Part shown: piece by piece, positions 22,996 through 36,521 of the stretch
How positions within the stretch are numbered: position 1 is the stretch's first letter
How the letters are laid out: the number at the start of each line of letters is the position of its first letter
Position numbers and translations under genes: made by a program
The notes under the pieces: generated by a model
The model's input: only the letters and a program-made list of their open reading frames with translations
The model's database searches: none
What the model was told of the DNA's origin: nothing
Assembly: GCF_000143415.4 (NCBI RefSeq)
Contig: NW_003314298.1
Span: 958,972 to 1,022,971, forward strand
Direction of reading: 5' to 3'
DNA: 64,000 nucleotides
From: Selaginella moellendorffii
Taxonomy: Eukaryota; Plantae; Lycopodiophyta

Positions 22996-25900
22996 CAAAA
23001 GTATAGTAAGGGGGAGGACTGCAGTGGAGCCAGTTTGGCCAGGAAAGGCCAGTTTGGCCCAGAAAAGGCTAGCTTGGCCCAAGAAGGCCATACCTAGTGT
23101 TGGGTGAATACGAACCCGACAAGCAGGGTAGCTTGGTGCAGTGTTCAAGAGCCGGCTCTAGTTCCCCCGGGAGATCGACTGGCCGATGCTCCCAGTCTAA
23201 GTGTGGGTGGCACTACCTACTTGATACTAGGCGTGGCTCAACGGAATCTCGCTCATAGCCCATGGCTAGAGCACCCAAAGGCGGAAGGCAGGGAGAGTAC
23301 CCAGGAGGCCCGCATAGGGCCACGGTGTTCTGAAATGTTGCCCCAAAGTCCCAAATTGTGAAAAGGAAGAGGAGCCATCCTCTAGTGTAGAGACCAAGGA
23401 TACGGTCCTGTGAGGAGGAAGTCCCAGAGGACTGTGGGACTTAGTGGTCAAGCTTGTGGGCCTTGATCTAGTGGCAATGTTGGCAAGCATAGCCATGAAC
23501 AGAAAGGGACTTGGTGGGGACTGGAAAAGGGATATTGGGGAAGGCTAATCCCCATGTCTGTGGGCATCCTAAGGATGCTAAGGAGTGGATCTGGAATGAT
23601 CACTCATGGACGGATGGCCCAGTCCTTGAGAGACAGGACTGTGATGCAGGTGGTGTTAGACCACTAGTGTGACCAAGGTGAAGGGGCATGGCCTTAGCGT
23701 AACAGGCTGATATGTCAATGGTACCTTGAGGTGTCGGTCATGGGATTGGACACGTGGAGCACTTAGACCAAGTGCAAAGGTTGAGTGGCGGGGATGCCCT
23801 TCTTAGGGCTAGCAAGCCCAAGTCCGAAATAAAACTTATGGAGGTTGTGAGTGAGACTCCTCCAAGTGGTTAGAGGTGTGGTTAAGTGACTAAAGTAGAA
23901 TGGAAAATTTAGTCGTTTACAGTTAATTTATTGCTTGTGTTGACATCATGCAATCAAGAGTCCCTATCTTGATGCATATTAGTTATGATGGTCTTATAAG
24001 TAGTGAGTCATGGGATGGATAGTAGTGAAGCACTAAATCATTTTGTTTAGGCTTGCTATTTGAAGACTTAGGTTATAATGTTTAATTCTTTTCTAGGGAA
24101 CCTTGCTATTGCTCCTTAAGTAGCTTGGTGTTGGCTTACTTTTGAGTTTGGTTGAAAAAAGTGTGGCATGAGCTTGTTTGTGTTGTGAAAAAAAGTTAAT
24201 GGTGTTAGGTGTTATAAATCTCTATCGGTGGGGTATGGCATTTATGTTGCATTTTGTTGAATAAAGTTGGCATTTGATACTCATGTAAACTTTTGAAGTA
24301 ATAATGTAAGCTTGTTCGTAGTGTTGCTTGATTGATGATCAAGTCATTGTGATTTTTATATTATATCAATGCAATAGTGAGCAATGTGTTTACAAAATTG
24401 CTTGATTAAACGATGGTCAACTCTAAAGTGGTTGATAGTGAAATTAGTCTACTTGCAAAAAGTAGCATTGAAATAGCTTTAACTAAGTTCTTGATAGTGA
24501 TCCATTGTGCTAATTTTAAATTGGTACCTTATTTCCTTGAGGGTTTGCCCATAAAATGATGTAAAAAGTTATAACATTCATTTGCTATGGCTTATTGGTT
24601 GATCTATTAGCACTTGGAGTAGATTATTGAATGGAAAAGGTGTGAGGTGGAGGCATTGACATTGCTAGCATTTGTGTTAGTGGAAGTGGCATTATAGTTT
24701 CAAGTGATGAAAAATGTTCCTTAGAGCTTAATTTTTAATATCATTTTTTTGTTAGTGTTTTGGCTTTATATCTTGAAGGTGATTGAAGAAAAGTGTTAAT
24801 GCAATGTAGATATCTAAAGATAAGGCTTTCATGATCGAATCTTGGGTATGCATTTGCATTTTGTAGGTGTCAGTGTTGGATGTCAAAAATATGGGCATAA
24901 TGTTCAATGCTTAAGCATAATATTGGATCATAACAATTTGTGTTAAGGTGAACTTATATGAAGTTGTAATTAGAAGGAAGTTGGTTAAGTCTTAAAGAAT
25001 TTATATTCCTAGATTAAGAATCATTCTCTTTCTAAAATCACAAATTTTCTTAAACTTTTCCAATGGCTGATTTGTTGATCATTTTGCCTTTCATATTCAT
25101 GAGCCAATACAAACTAGTGAAGGGGTTAAAGTTTCCTTTGATAGGTTTAGACCTTAATATCTAGTTTGTATAATACGATTTGAAAAGGATGTTGACTTTT
25201 GGGGTTAATGAAATTGAGTTGAATAGAGTTTGGAGATTGTGTAGAAAAATGGTTGTTGCGCTTTTCTAGAAATATGACCCTTGTGCCTTTCTTTTGTAGT
25301 ATTATGCTTGGTGGCAGGTGGCATTTTGCATTTCATTAAACTCTATGAGAGTAGTGAGCTTTCATTAATCTTGACTTAGTTATAGTAGCTTTGCATCTTT
25401 GCTGAGGATGGTGATGTTTAACTTATTTATTTGATATTAAGGTGTTAGTATTTGTATTATAACTTTGTTTATAAGGAGGTTATGTACCAAAATGAGTCCA
25501 TCTCATAGTCTTTACTTTAGTTTTGGTTAAGTGTTAGTTATGTATAAATAGCCTCTTCAAGGCATACTCAGAGTTGTTGACTAAATGTATTAGTGAGCTT
25601 ATTGCAATTTGATAAATTCGAGTGGTCATTTAATCTATACTTATCCATGTTCATATATCTTATACCTGGGGTATTACTTTCATATTGGACAAATATATAA
25701 CTTAATAACAAGAGTTTAGTGTTTAAGTTTTGTAAAGGCAAGTTGACAAATGATTACTGGTTGCTTTACAACTAGTGATTGCTTTATAGACTTCGTCAAA
25801 GATTGTTAACACTTATTTCGCTCGATGATGATTTAGCAGTGATGGGCTTACTTTATTGGATAGTGTTACGGAGGATTATATTATAGGTTTACATAGTTTT

Positions 25901-28039
25901 TCTATATTGGCATATTGATTTTTCCTTTGTTGATATCATTTAGTTGTGTTTAGTTCATAGTGTTGGATTTTATTGAGTTTTGGATATGGTGAATCACTTA
26001 TCTATAAATGAGTATTATTGAAGGATTAATCTTAGATACTGACTAAAGTATCTTTGACCTTGATTAGTTTGGTTGCTAAAGAGTTTTGAGTGGTGATTTA
26101 CTCTTGCTTTCTTTTAGCTTTGTTCTAATGTTGATAGTATTGAAGTGATGTTTTATTGTTGATATTGTTGATGTTGAGATTCAAGTGAAATGAAATGTCT
26201 CTTCGAGGATTGATATAAAATTTCATTAGTCTTGATATAGATAGTGTTGATGATTTTGCTGTATCTTTATGTTATTGGTATTCGTGCATTTGCTAGTTAA
26301 CAATTATGTTAACATTCAAATGAGTTAAATGGCAAGTTAAGTTAATTATGTTCTAGATGAGATTATTTAGTAGGGGTTAAGCTTTGGCTTTTTTTTAAAA
26401 AGTGATTTAATCGTAGGCTATGCTAGCTTTATGAGAAAAGGAATTAGTGTTTGGTTTTCAAGTTATTAGTTCCTTATTGGATTTGAATTAGAGATTATTG
26501 ATCATTGATTATTCTTTTTATACTTGTTATGAAGTGAGTGATGTCTTGACATAGAAAATGGATTCATAAAGGATCGTTTGATAATCATTTATTGAATATA
26601 TCTTTATTTGGCTTGGCTTTTGGATTGATATAGATATGTTCTTCATCAACTTTTGCATTATAAAATTTAGCTTTTAGATATGCCAAGAAGAATATTATGG
26701 GTTGTACCATGATTTCCTCTTTAGTATTAAAATTAATTCATGTAAAACTCATAATCATTGTTAGGTGAGACTTAATTATAAACTTCTTCAAATCTTTTGG
26801 TTCTTTGAGTTTTATGCTCAATAGTCCATTTGTTAGGAGTTGTTAGGGAAGGCATTTTGGCTCATTAGCTTTGATGTTGAAGTAAATATTTGCATCTAGC
26901 AATCATTGCTAATAATTAATTATTATCTAGAATAGTTGATTGTCCTTGTCAAAAGTTTTGCTTGATTGTTGTTAATATAGAATAATTATTCTTTTTTCAT
27001 TGATGATTATATATCTCTCTATTGATGGGATGATTGATGATATTTTATGATGGTTAATTATTATCTTAATAGCTTTTGGTTTCATGTGTTATCACAAGTT
27101 CTTTGTGGTTCACTTTGGATTAGTATCTTAGGTTTGAGATATTGGTAAGATATTGCTAATGCTTGATGAGTAACCATAGTTCCTTGGTATTATTGATCGG
27201 GATCTATTCAAATTGGCTAGTGCAATAGTTGGTATAAATAAGTGTTTGTTTACTTTACAATATTTATTTTGTTTTGTTGATTATTGTTATTGCTGGTTCT
27301 AATAGATTGAATGTTATTTCCTTTAAGTGATACATTTATGAGCATTTTTCTTGCCAATCAATAATACTTTATGTTCTTTTAGTTGTTTTTTATAAGTTGT
27401 TTGGCATGTTGTCTGCAATCTTTGACAATTAAGTTTTATCATTGAGTTTTCCTAATGATTTACTTGCTATTGACTTTTGTTGGATAGTTAATTTTATAAC
27501 CTTAACCTTTAATGATCTTGATGGTTCCTATACTCTAATATTAGTTTATCAAATAATAACTTGGAATACTTTTATATTCTAATCTAAGATTTATTCACTA
27601 ATAATTAAGTTTCTAAGATATTATTGTCTATGACTCTAATGTTGTCCATTTATTGATCTTTGAGTTTTGGCTAGTATAGGCAGATTGGCTTTGGCACTTT
27701 GTGTGCATAATGAAATCTTTAATCATGGGGTAATTACTATCGACTAGTCACATCACCCACCTCTCTTTCGATATTCTTTATTTCTTTTAAAAGGGAGTGA
27801 CTATGTAAATAACTCTAACTACTTGTTTATAGTAGATAAACCTCTCTTTCGATATTCTTTATTTCTTTTAAAAAGGAGTGACTATGTAAATAACTCTAAC
27901 TACTTGTTTATAGTGGTTTATTTAGTGGGTTTAGTTTCCTTACTTAAGATGGTTGGAGCCTTTAGTTTCTCTCTCTATATCCCTGCAAGTAAGAGCATAT
28001 CACACTTTTGTAAGTTGGGTGAAACCTAGAGTAGCAAGG

Positions 28040-28234
28040 TGTAAGCTCCTGAATTTGGACTTCCCAGGATGTCACCCATCCTAGTACTATTCAAACCGAA
28101 GGACGCTTAACCCTAAATATCCCACGACCCTTAACCGATTGGAAAAGGGGGTGCACTCTTGTTCATGGGCCCTTTCCCTCTATATTTGAACCCTTATAAA
28201 TCGCCTCTTGAGTCATTTTCTTTGGTTGCTTACA
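28040..28234 (-). mobile_element. Cassandra-type solo LTR with 5S rRNA-derived domain
   Basis: TG...CA ends; TSD CAAGG/TAAGG; empty site visible in family A at ~1520. The minus strand reads GTTAAGCGTCCTTCGGTTTGAATAGTACTAGGATGGGTGACATCCTGGGAAGTCC, matching the plant 5S A/C-box region. Confidence 0.9.
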
Positions 28235-29566
28235 TAAGGGTGGCTAACTTCATTGGTCATTTCCTTGTCGGCAATAGCCGGAAGGTATTTGAGTTGTAGC
28301 ACATTTGCATTAGCTGGAGACGTTACCTTAACTCATGTAAGTTGATGCATTTCTCACATAGTGTGATCACCGTGAACTTTTTTTAGGTTTGTTTCTTTGG
28401 CGGTGGTCTAAATTAGAGTGTGTATCGACGAGGATATTGATTTTCTATAAGAGAGGGAGAGTATTGCGAATGTGACTGCAGGTATTGAAAGTTACTTATT
28501 GGCTAGTTCTTTCGGATATTCTTTCCTTACTGCTACGATGATAGGATGTCAATATTGCTAAAACCTTTATCAATCCCTCTTGTTTAGTGTTAGTAAACCT
28601 GACTTAGCATCTATACTTAGCCAACATAAGGTAGGGACTCCTATGTGTTTCTTATTGAGCATACTCAACTTGGCTCTTAGTTCTCTTTTGCTCTATCCTA
28701 CACTGGCTTGACAAGAACCTTCGCATATTAAGACTAGTCCCTTAATATTGCCAGATGATAGCTTACCATGTTTGCCAAACACCTTTGGTATTATACCCTT
28801 TGTGTTAGTTCTGTGTGGTTTTAATTGCTATTTATGAAAAGTGTCTAGATCTGCTAATTTGGCATATCTATGGAATGTAGAAATTGTCTTGAACACAATG
28901 GTATTGGTCTCCTGACCAAATTCAAAATTTAACACTATTCCATATTTAATAAGTTTTGTGACTGTCCCAAAAATTAACTCTTGGTACTAAAGGAGACTAG
29001 GGGTGAATAAAGCATACATTCCTCAAGGGGGTGGAGGGATGTAAGGGGTTCTAAATATATAATAGGGATAGTGAGTAGGTTGAGTATAGTTGACCAACTT
29101 GAGGTATAGTTTAACTCCCGCTTATGTGCTTATCTTTATTCTTTGGGTTTAAGTCTAAGTTCCACACCAAGCTAACTAGTGGAGTACTTATATCCTTGCA
29201 GACCACTAATATGCTGAAATAGCACTAAACTTTGTTTGGCTCCGTTTTACGTATTGATTCTGGAAATGGGATATTGGATGCTTTAGGACTATTCCAACAT
29301 TGCATTATGCTCCTGTCCTTTTACTCTTTGAGCAGAATGCTTAAAAGTCATTATGTGCTCCAATTCTTTTGCTCCTTGGTTGCAAGCTTGGGAGTTTGGC
29401 TAGGTTTCTTCATTCAATGGCCCAAGGCCCTAAAACTTAGGTTCCACTCCACTATTATAGTACACATGGCATATGACACGTGGCACATGGAAAGTTTAGG
29501 TTCTGGTTCGTGGTTATCCTATGGTAAATCACCATAGAATAAAGGGTGAAAACCATGTGTGCTACA

Positions 29567-30782
29567 TAAAGTCACATTTAGCAAGATTGTGTTGCAACCA
29601 ATCCATACCAAGAATGAGGTCAAAAGCTTAAATCAGCACCACCTGCAATGATTACAACTCAAACTCGAGATCACCCCATTTATTGGTGTTATTGGTGTTT
29701 TCTAGATTGACAACCTTTATTTTTTGGGTGGAGACCCTAATGTTAACAACATCCTATTTGTGGTACTGCAATGGAAGATTTAGAGACCAAGATATTATTG
29801 GGAAATGAGGAGTTGCATAAGTAACAAAGGCTTTTGTTTGAATAAACTAGTGATCTTTCCATCTTTCTTTCAAAAGTATCATCAAGGGATTCACTTGGCA
29901 CCAGTTCATCCAATGTTTACTTTCTAAGTTCATTTTTATAACAAAAGGTTTTCTATTATTTTCTCTATAATAGTTGATATAAACTCAAGTTTATCTTTTA
30001 TTGCTTGATCTATTGCCTCACATTTCTGTCTATATTTGTGTTGTGCTACAGAGCTAATTTTCATTCTTTATAGCAATGGCCATACACATGTATATGCATA
30101 GGGTAAGGCAAACCTAGTTGTATGTGTTGACTAACTTCATCACACACCTAGCAACAAACATCATATCTACAACCACATGATCACCCTTATCTTTCAACTC
30201 AAGCAGTAACCATTAATCTCCATTGGAACAAAATTATCTCTTATAGGAAGTGGAGCTGAAGGACATGTGGCAAGAAGTGGAAGAAGTGATATCTTATAAT
30301 GTTGTGCCAAAAGAAGAACATCATTAAGGATGGCTAAAGCAAATGTATATACAAGTCCTACAAATCTTGATGAAATGTTGGCCACAACATTCTCAACTTG
30401 ATTTGCTTTGACATATTTAGCTCCGCACAAAACAAGAGGCTTCAGAAACAAACGTCAAATAGCATCATCAACTTAGATGGCCTTTGATGAAGACGATACA
30501 ATTGTTAAAAGGCATTATCACAATCATCAGCATGTCCAAATGGGTGTTCGAAGACATCTAAGAAAATGCTCCAATCCTCACAAGTGGCTGCACTTAGACC
30601 ATTATACCATTATCATACCGTCATTTGAAGATACGTGGGAAATTCATACAAACACTAAACATCATCCCAAGAATAATATATAATAATCACTATAAAATAA
30701 TCAAACCAATAATACATATCATCCCAAGGACTCCCACAAAAAAACTCCAACCAAACGCAAGGATTAACAGTAAGAGCAAAAT
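29567..30782 (-). pseudogene. Decayed Gypsy gag/zinc-knuckle/protease remnant (family D) with an internal inversion
   Basis: Homologous to ~61740-62910. Segment ~29678-30130 is inverted relative to that copy. It is cut at 30782 by the DNA-transposon TIR. Confidence 0.7.
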
Positions 30783-31152
30783 AAGCTCTATTTCGTTAAA
30801 GTGTGATTTATTCAATAAAATGGGACTAGGTACAAATTTTCAAGTATTTGAAAATGATGTGAAATTATATGTTTTTTGTCCAGGGGCTAGACATATCTGG
30901 GGCATGGTGACTAGCACGGTGACTTTGTGTCCAGACTGAGTCTATCTGGTTGTATAATAAATCTCATTATCAAGGTGAACAAGCCGAATCTGAAGCTAAA
31001 GAAGAGCGATGGCATGCGCGCACACACTATTTGTTTGTTCATTGAGCGTGTGGTGAGCTTTCCAAGATGAACGTCATTCCTATTAGCCAGACATATAACT
31101 TAATGGTGAGAACATTTAGATATTATTCAATGTTATCTTTTTCTAAAATTTT

Positions 31153-33428
31153 ATGCTGAAATGAAACTGAAGAGGCTTGGAGTGGCCAATCAGCGTTTCG
31201 GATCCGTCCCTGATGTAGCCTCTTACAAACCTCTTAAAGTCTGGAACCTCTGTCACAAGTGCAGCTTCAACAGTGCCTTTGATGCAATTTTGGAATTCAT
31301 CGTAGAGTTGTGGGAGGGTGAGGACATTGGATCACCGGAGGGACTCTGCCAGGTGACTGAACATGGCATCGACGTCTTCATGAGTGTGCCCAACCATGAG
31401 AAAGCCAAGTGTAACCATTTCAAATATGCCTTTGGCAACAAGCATCGCCAAGTACGCGAAGACGTACATGTTTTTGTTCTCACTGCTAGCATTGTCTGTT
31501 TGGAGCAGAAGATGGGGTGGAAGGCCACATCAGCCGCAAGAACTTCCTTGAGATTCTGCTTCGTTTGGATGAGGCTGTGCATTCACCGGGCGACCAGCCT
31601 CGTCAGAATGGCATGAGGCCTCACGTGATAACCCTACAATCTGACGGCCAACATATTCACTGGGATGGCATGGGGCCCCACGCGATACTGCAAGCCTTTG
31701 CTCCTCCTCCAGCTGAACCCTGTATGGGGTTCGATCGACAAGGGCCTTATGCAAGGGTTGGCCGTTCAACTCAGTCTGCGCACTTTGCAAAGACCTTAAG
31801 TGTTTTGCTAAGGACGCAATCATCATATTTGCACCCCTACCACCCCATAGAGGTACAAAGAAGTTCCCATAGTTCTGGGCACCATGCCCATGAGCGATTA
31901 TGCCAAACAGAGACATAGGCAGCTGCATGGATGAAGAGATTGCCTTGGGGGCAGGATTGAGTTGAGGTAAGCACGTCTTTTTCTGGTCCATTTTGTCGTG
32001 GATGATGCAAAGGTAAGAGTCAGGTCTCTCCATGGAGAGAATCCTGTTATGATAATATGCAGTCCTGCAGCTTCTCTGCTCGATGTTGTGGTCGAGCCGC
32101 CTTCTAACCAACGTCTCTCGCTCTTGAGCGCTGCAAGAATTCTTCGACAAAGCCATTTTGATAGCAGTGCACTCGTCACACTTTGAAAAGCTGGAGTACT
32201 TTCCTATACTCACATCCCTGAACCTGTTGCTCCACAATCTACTAAATCTAGATTGGCTCAGCTTCCTGTAGCCATTACTCTGGAGTTCCCGATTCACATC
32301 TTCCAATATGGCCCCCTTGGTATACATGGAAGGGAGAACTCGTTGGGTGTCTCGTGTTCCATCTTCCAAGAGGCGGGTTTTATGTGGTTGCTGCTCGCTA
32401 CATGTCTCGACAAACCTCTTGAAGATTGCCTCTCCATATACAACATGACCCCTAGTTTTGTGCGTACCGTCGTTCACATGGACTGCCTGTTGAACCCTTT
32501 GTTCCTCGAACTCAGTTTTGATTCTGTAGAATGTGGTTCGAGGGACTCCATAAATGATTCTCCATGCCTTCATGCAGACCAAACCCCTCTGGAAGACCAT
32601 GCCCCCCACCTGATGTTCTGAAGCATCAACAGATGACCGTAATGCCTCATACACAAAATTGCGAGCTACCTTCCAGGACAATGTCTTGTATCTTGCTCTC
32701 TCCTCTTCAATAGCATCCCAATCAGCATGTTGACAACACCTCCTCTTGCAACAAGCAACTGTCGAGACCATTCGAACCTCCATCGCCATTTTCTGCCTTT
32801 TCGGTTCGTTGCTCAGATCCCTTTGGCTGCACTTTAGGAAGATGTACTTTCTTTTCCCATGAAGAGATGTTCTGTCATCAGTTGTAGTGGTGTTTGATTG
32901 TGAATTCTTCACATTCTCAAACACTAAGTGCCTCAATTTCCACCGCATAATGCTTCCAATAGTCAGATTGTTTTCTTCTGTGTCAACAACCTCTAAAATC
33001 GCAACTCCAATATTATCCCAGCCCAATTCTTGATTAGCAACCGCATCTCTTGGATCGACAACTGTGGCTAAGCCCTCAGCTACCACCTCCCCCTCGGGGT
33101 TGTTTAGAAACACCTTTGCCTGAATCCATGTAGCACGGATCTTAAGATCCACGGAGGGAACATGCGTCGCACTTGCGCTGTCCCCAACATCTGCTTTCTT
33201 TTGAAGATTTTTCAAGGCAACAACAACATTTACCCCGACGACCATCTCTCCTCGTTCAATAGTGACCACATTCCCATCAAAGATAGTCTCTACTGATACA
33301 GCAGCATTGCCTTCCCCAAGCCTTTGACAGTGTATAACAAAGTTCCGATCCATAGACACAAGGGTCCCTTTTGCAACTCTCTTCCCACCATTCAAAATGT
33401 AAACCTTTTCCCCAACCTTGAAGGCCAT
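31153..33428 (-). pseudogene. Transposase copy 2 (open for 632 aa, then TGA at 31532 and 31334; C-terminus deleted)
   Basis: ORF 31530-33428 is near-identical to copy 1; the remaining catalytic motifs lie in frame after the stop. Confidence 0.85.
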
Positions 33429-33616
33429 TCTGAAAGTGCAGAAAAGAAGTTAAGACCATACAAAAAATGATTGGAGAATGGCCTAAATCATAACATACCA
33501 AACAACCTCAATAGCATGAGGCCACATGCCATTATTCAAACATGCTATTGACACCCACGTGAAATTTCGCATTCACAAAATTGGTATGAGCCCTTATGCC
33601 ATTAGTGGTACCACTA

Positions 33617-33808
33617 ATGGCATGAGGCCTCACGCTATCTTTGGCCCCTGCTAGCCTGTTGCTATATTCCTTTTGCCTTGCTGCAACTGTATATATTTTT
33701 GTGTGCGTGACTAGTCACCCATACAAAAATATATACAGTTGCAGCAAGGCAAAAGGAATATGGCAATAGGCTAGCAGGGGCCAAAGATGGCATGAGGCCT
33801 CATGCCAT
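33617..33808. repeat. 192-bp near-perfect loopless hairpin bounded by 22-bp palindromes
   Basis: Centre GTGACT|AGTCAC at 33712/33713; arms pair out to 33617/33808. An overlapping perfect 28-bp palindrome spans 33596-33623. Confidence 0.92.
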
Positions 33809-36521
33809 CTTGATATACACACAGCTGCAGGCAAGTAAAAACATAAATGACAATACGCTAGCCATGAAATTGCAAGGGCCCAAGATGGCATGTGGCCTAA
33901 GATGGCATGTGGCCTCATGCCATTTCTAAATGTGGTCCTAAGCCATTCCATGGTGAATATACCAGGAAGCACAAGTGCCGAATATCAAGAGGAAGCGGTA
34001 GCCACACCAAAGACAGTGCCGCTCGCAACACCGCAACTACTGGTAGTGCCGCTCGCAACACCGCAACTGCTTGTAGCGCCGCTCGCACAAACTGCCACTC
34101 GCATAAACTGCCGCTCGCAATGGCGCTCGCAATGCCGCAACCGCTTGTAAACGCATAAACCACAGCTCACAACGCTGCTTACACAAGCAGCGCTCATTGC
34201 GCTCAGCAGAACCAAGAACACGGCACACAAAAATGATAAACCTAGGAATGAGTTCGAGAATTCAAAAATAACACATGCTTGAACGTCACATCAAATCCTC
34301 TGACAAACCAGATCTTATGATTCCTCTAACAAATTTCAAACTGAGTAGCTTCTAGACTTTGCTGTGGGAGGTTAAACTTTGTCACATCATGTCCTTGCCT
34401 CGATCCAGCTGTGCCATGTCAGTGATTCGAACTTTGCCAACCACTCTCATCTCAAACACTTCATTTGGTGAGGCATTCCTCTTCTCTTCTTTTTCTTTTT
34501 CTTTTTCTTTTTCTTCCTTTCTTTCACTTTACTTTCATGGCTCTTTTGCTTACTTTCAGGGGGTGTTTCTCCATTGGACCATGGCCCTTGCCTTGGATTT
34601 CGTGCTCAGGCTGTATTGCCGTTTTTATGGAGGTTCCTCACTTGACTCAATCTCTATTCCAGGTTCTTTGGCCCTTCCCTTACCATTACTACACCCCACA
34701 CATTCCCTTCACTCATTCCATATCATCTACACTTACAGTTCCATCACCACTCATTTCCAGCAGCGTTGCCCGCACTTATCTCTAGATGCCCGTCTTGCAT
34801 CTTTCATTCTTTCACCATCATTCACATCTCCACTTGAGGTCACATTTACACCATACCATGGACACACATACATGCACCAGCAGCAAAAGACACCACCTCA
34901 TTTGGACGTCCTGTTTCCAAGATGTCCTTAGGACCATTTGCCGACGACGCACTAGCTTTTTTGGAGCGACTTTCTTCCAACCGGGTGAGCCTGTTCACTC
35001 AAGGCACCTAGGTGGATCTTTAGGTGAGGCCACAGAAGCCGAAGCCACTTTCTTCTACTCCAGCACTCAGTGGACACATGCCACCTCCCTTTACCGACAA
35101 CCCAACGACCATGCCGTCCTTTTCAGCTTCTACCTTCTTCGGTTACTCTTGTTTTAGAGACGGCCACCTTCTCAAAGTGCCACCACCATCTCGGCACTCC
35201 ACCATATCACTCCATATCGGTGCTGGAGCAAGCGCAAGAGTAGGAGCGAGAGCAAGTGGTTACCGGTTACAAGTCCCTAGTTACTAGTTATCAGTTACTG
35301 GCTACTCTGAGTGGTCAGCACTTACTCTATAGGCCAACGGTTATCAATGGCCACCTTTTCAGAGTGCCACCACCATCTTGGTGCTCCACCATATTACTCC
35401 ATCTTTCATCATTTCCACACTTACCACCCTTGGGCAACACATCCCTTATTCTACCTCCCTTTCTTTCTCGATTTCAGCCAATCCTTGGAGCATACCGGAA
35501 GTCATCAAGAGGCTGCATTTGCATATTACACTTTCCTGAGCCGAAATCCAGGTACAAATTAAATTCTTTGGGTGCTCACTCTTTTTTCCTCTATTTTCCT
35601 CCTCTTTTCAGACTTTTTCTACACTTTTCTTCTTCAACTTCAGGGTCTAGTTTAACTATAGGGTTTCCCACTGGGTTTTCCTCCCTATCTCCAAACTTCA
35701 CACCTACCTCTTTTCTTTCCTTTCCACTTTGTTTTTTAGAGTTTCTACTATTTCATGCAGCTACCAGCACTTGGCATCAGTAGCAGAGGTACACTCTAGA
35801 CTCTTCGGAGGGTTCTCGCGCATTTGGAGCCAGCAGGATCCACTATGGTTGCATATTAGGGCATGGCCATTGAGAGAAAGGGGGAATATTTTGGTTAGAA
35901 TATTCCCCATCTTGCTTGTATAAAACCCTTGCCCCACAAGGGCAAGGGGGCATTTTGTGGAGAGCATTCAAGCATTTCTCATGTTTGAGCGAGCGTTGGG
36001 GGAGGCCCCTTCCTTGCCCCAACACTATTGGCCAAAGATGCAATGTGATGTTATCCGGTATGTGCATATCTGCGTTCGGTGCCAAGCCCGTAATACTCCC
36101 TCTTGTGCCTCGAAAGGACGGTTAGAGTCAATTGCAGTTTCTAGTTTGTTTGAGTTGGTGGCGTTTGATCTTATAGAACCTTTTTCACGATCAACTGTTG
36201 GCAATGAGTATGTTATTATTACTTTTGAATATTTGACTCGTTAGGTGGAAGTTGGTACTCTTGCTAGTGCGTTTGCAACTGCTATTGGATACTTCCTCCT
36301 TAATCAAGTGGTATTCTAGCATTCTTGTCTGGAGCGGATTCTTTAGGATAATGGTCTCACATTTATAACTGAGGCATTTCATGTTTTGATGTCTCAGTTG
36401 GGGATACACCACACTTTCACAAGTGCTTATCATCCATAGTCAAATGATTTGGTGGAATGGCTCATGCGGACATTCAAAGGAATGATCACGAAGTACATGA
36501 ACTTTCAGCATTTGGATTGGG

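Larger units (their letters stand above)
16222..23921 (+). mobile_element. Complete non-autonomous LTR element B1 (LARD-like): LTRs 16222-18010 and 22045-23921
   Basis: TG...CA LTRs, 5-bp TSD GTTAA on both sides, PBS TGGTATCGGAAC after 18010, PPT-like ATGGGTGGTGGAG before 22045. The ~4 kb internal region has no long ORF. Confidence 0.92.
14580..29566 (+). mobile_element. Decayed LTR retroelement family A (5' LTR ~14580-15568, 5'-truncated; 3' LTR 28462-29566) hosting B1 and a Cassandra solo LTR
   Basis: The 5' LTR ends ...ATGCTACA and is followed by PBS TGGTATCAGAG (15571). PPT AAGAGAGGGAGAG precedes 28462. The internal region is T/G-rich with no long ORFs. TSD not verifiable. Confidence 0.75.
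30783..34439. mobile_element. DNA transposon copy 2: left TIR, internal deletion, right-truncated
   Basis: Starts with AAGCTCTATTTCGTTAAAGTG where the gag homology breaks. 31153-34439 is near-identical to 3757-6798. Confidence 0.85.

Noticed and set aside
23922-27240. gag-pol of family A
   Set aside because: Probably decayed coding DNA, but no motif could be read with confidence.
28050-28112. 5S rRNA gene
   Set aside because: Only the internal ~55-60 nt is present, embedded in a TG...CA LTR with a TSD, so it is Cassandra.
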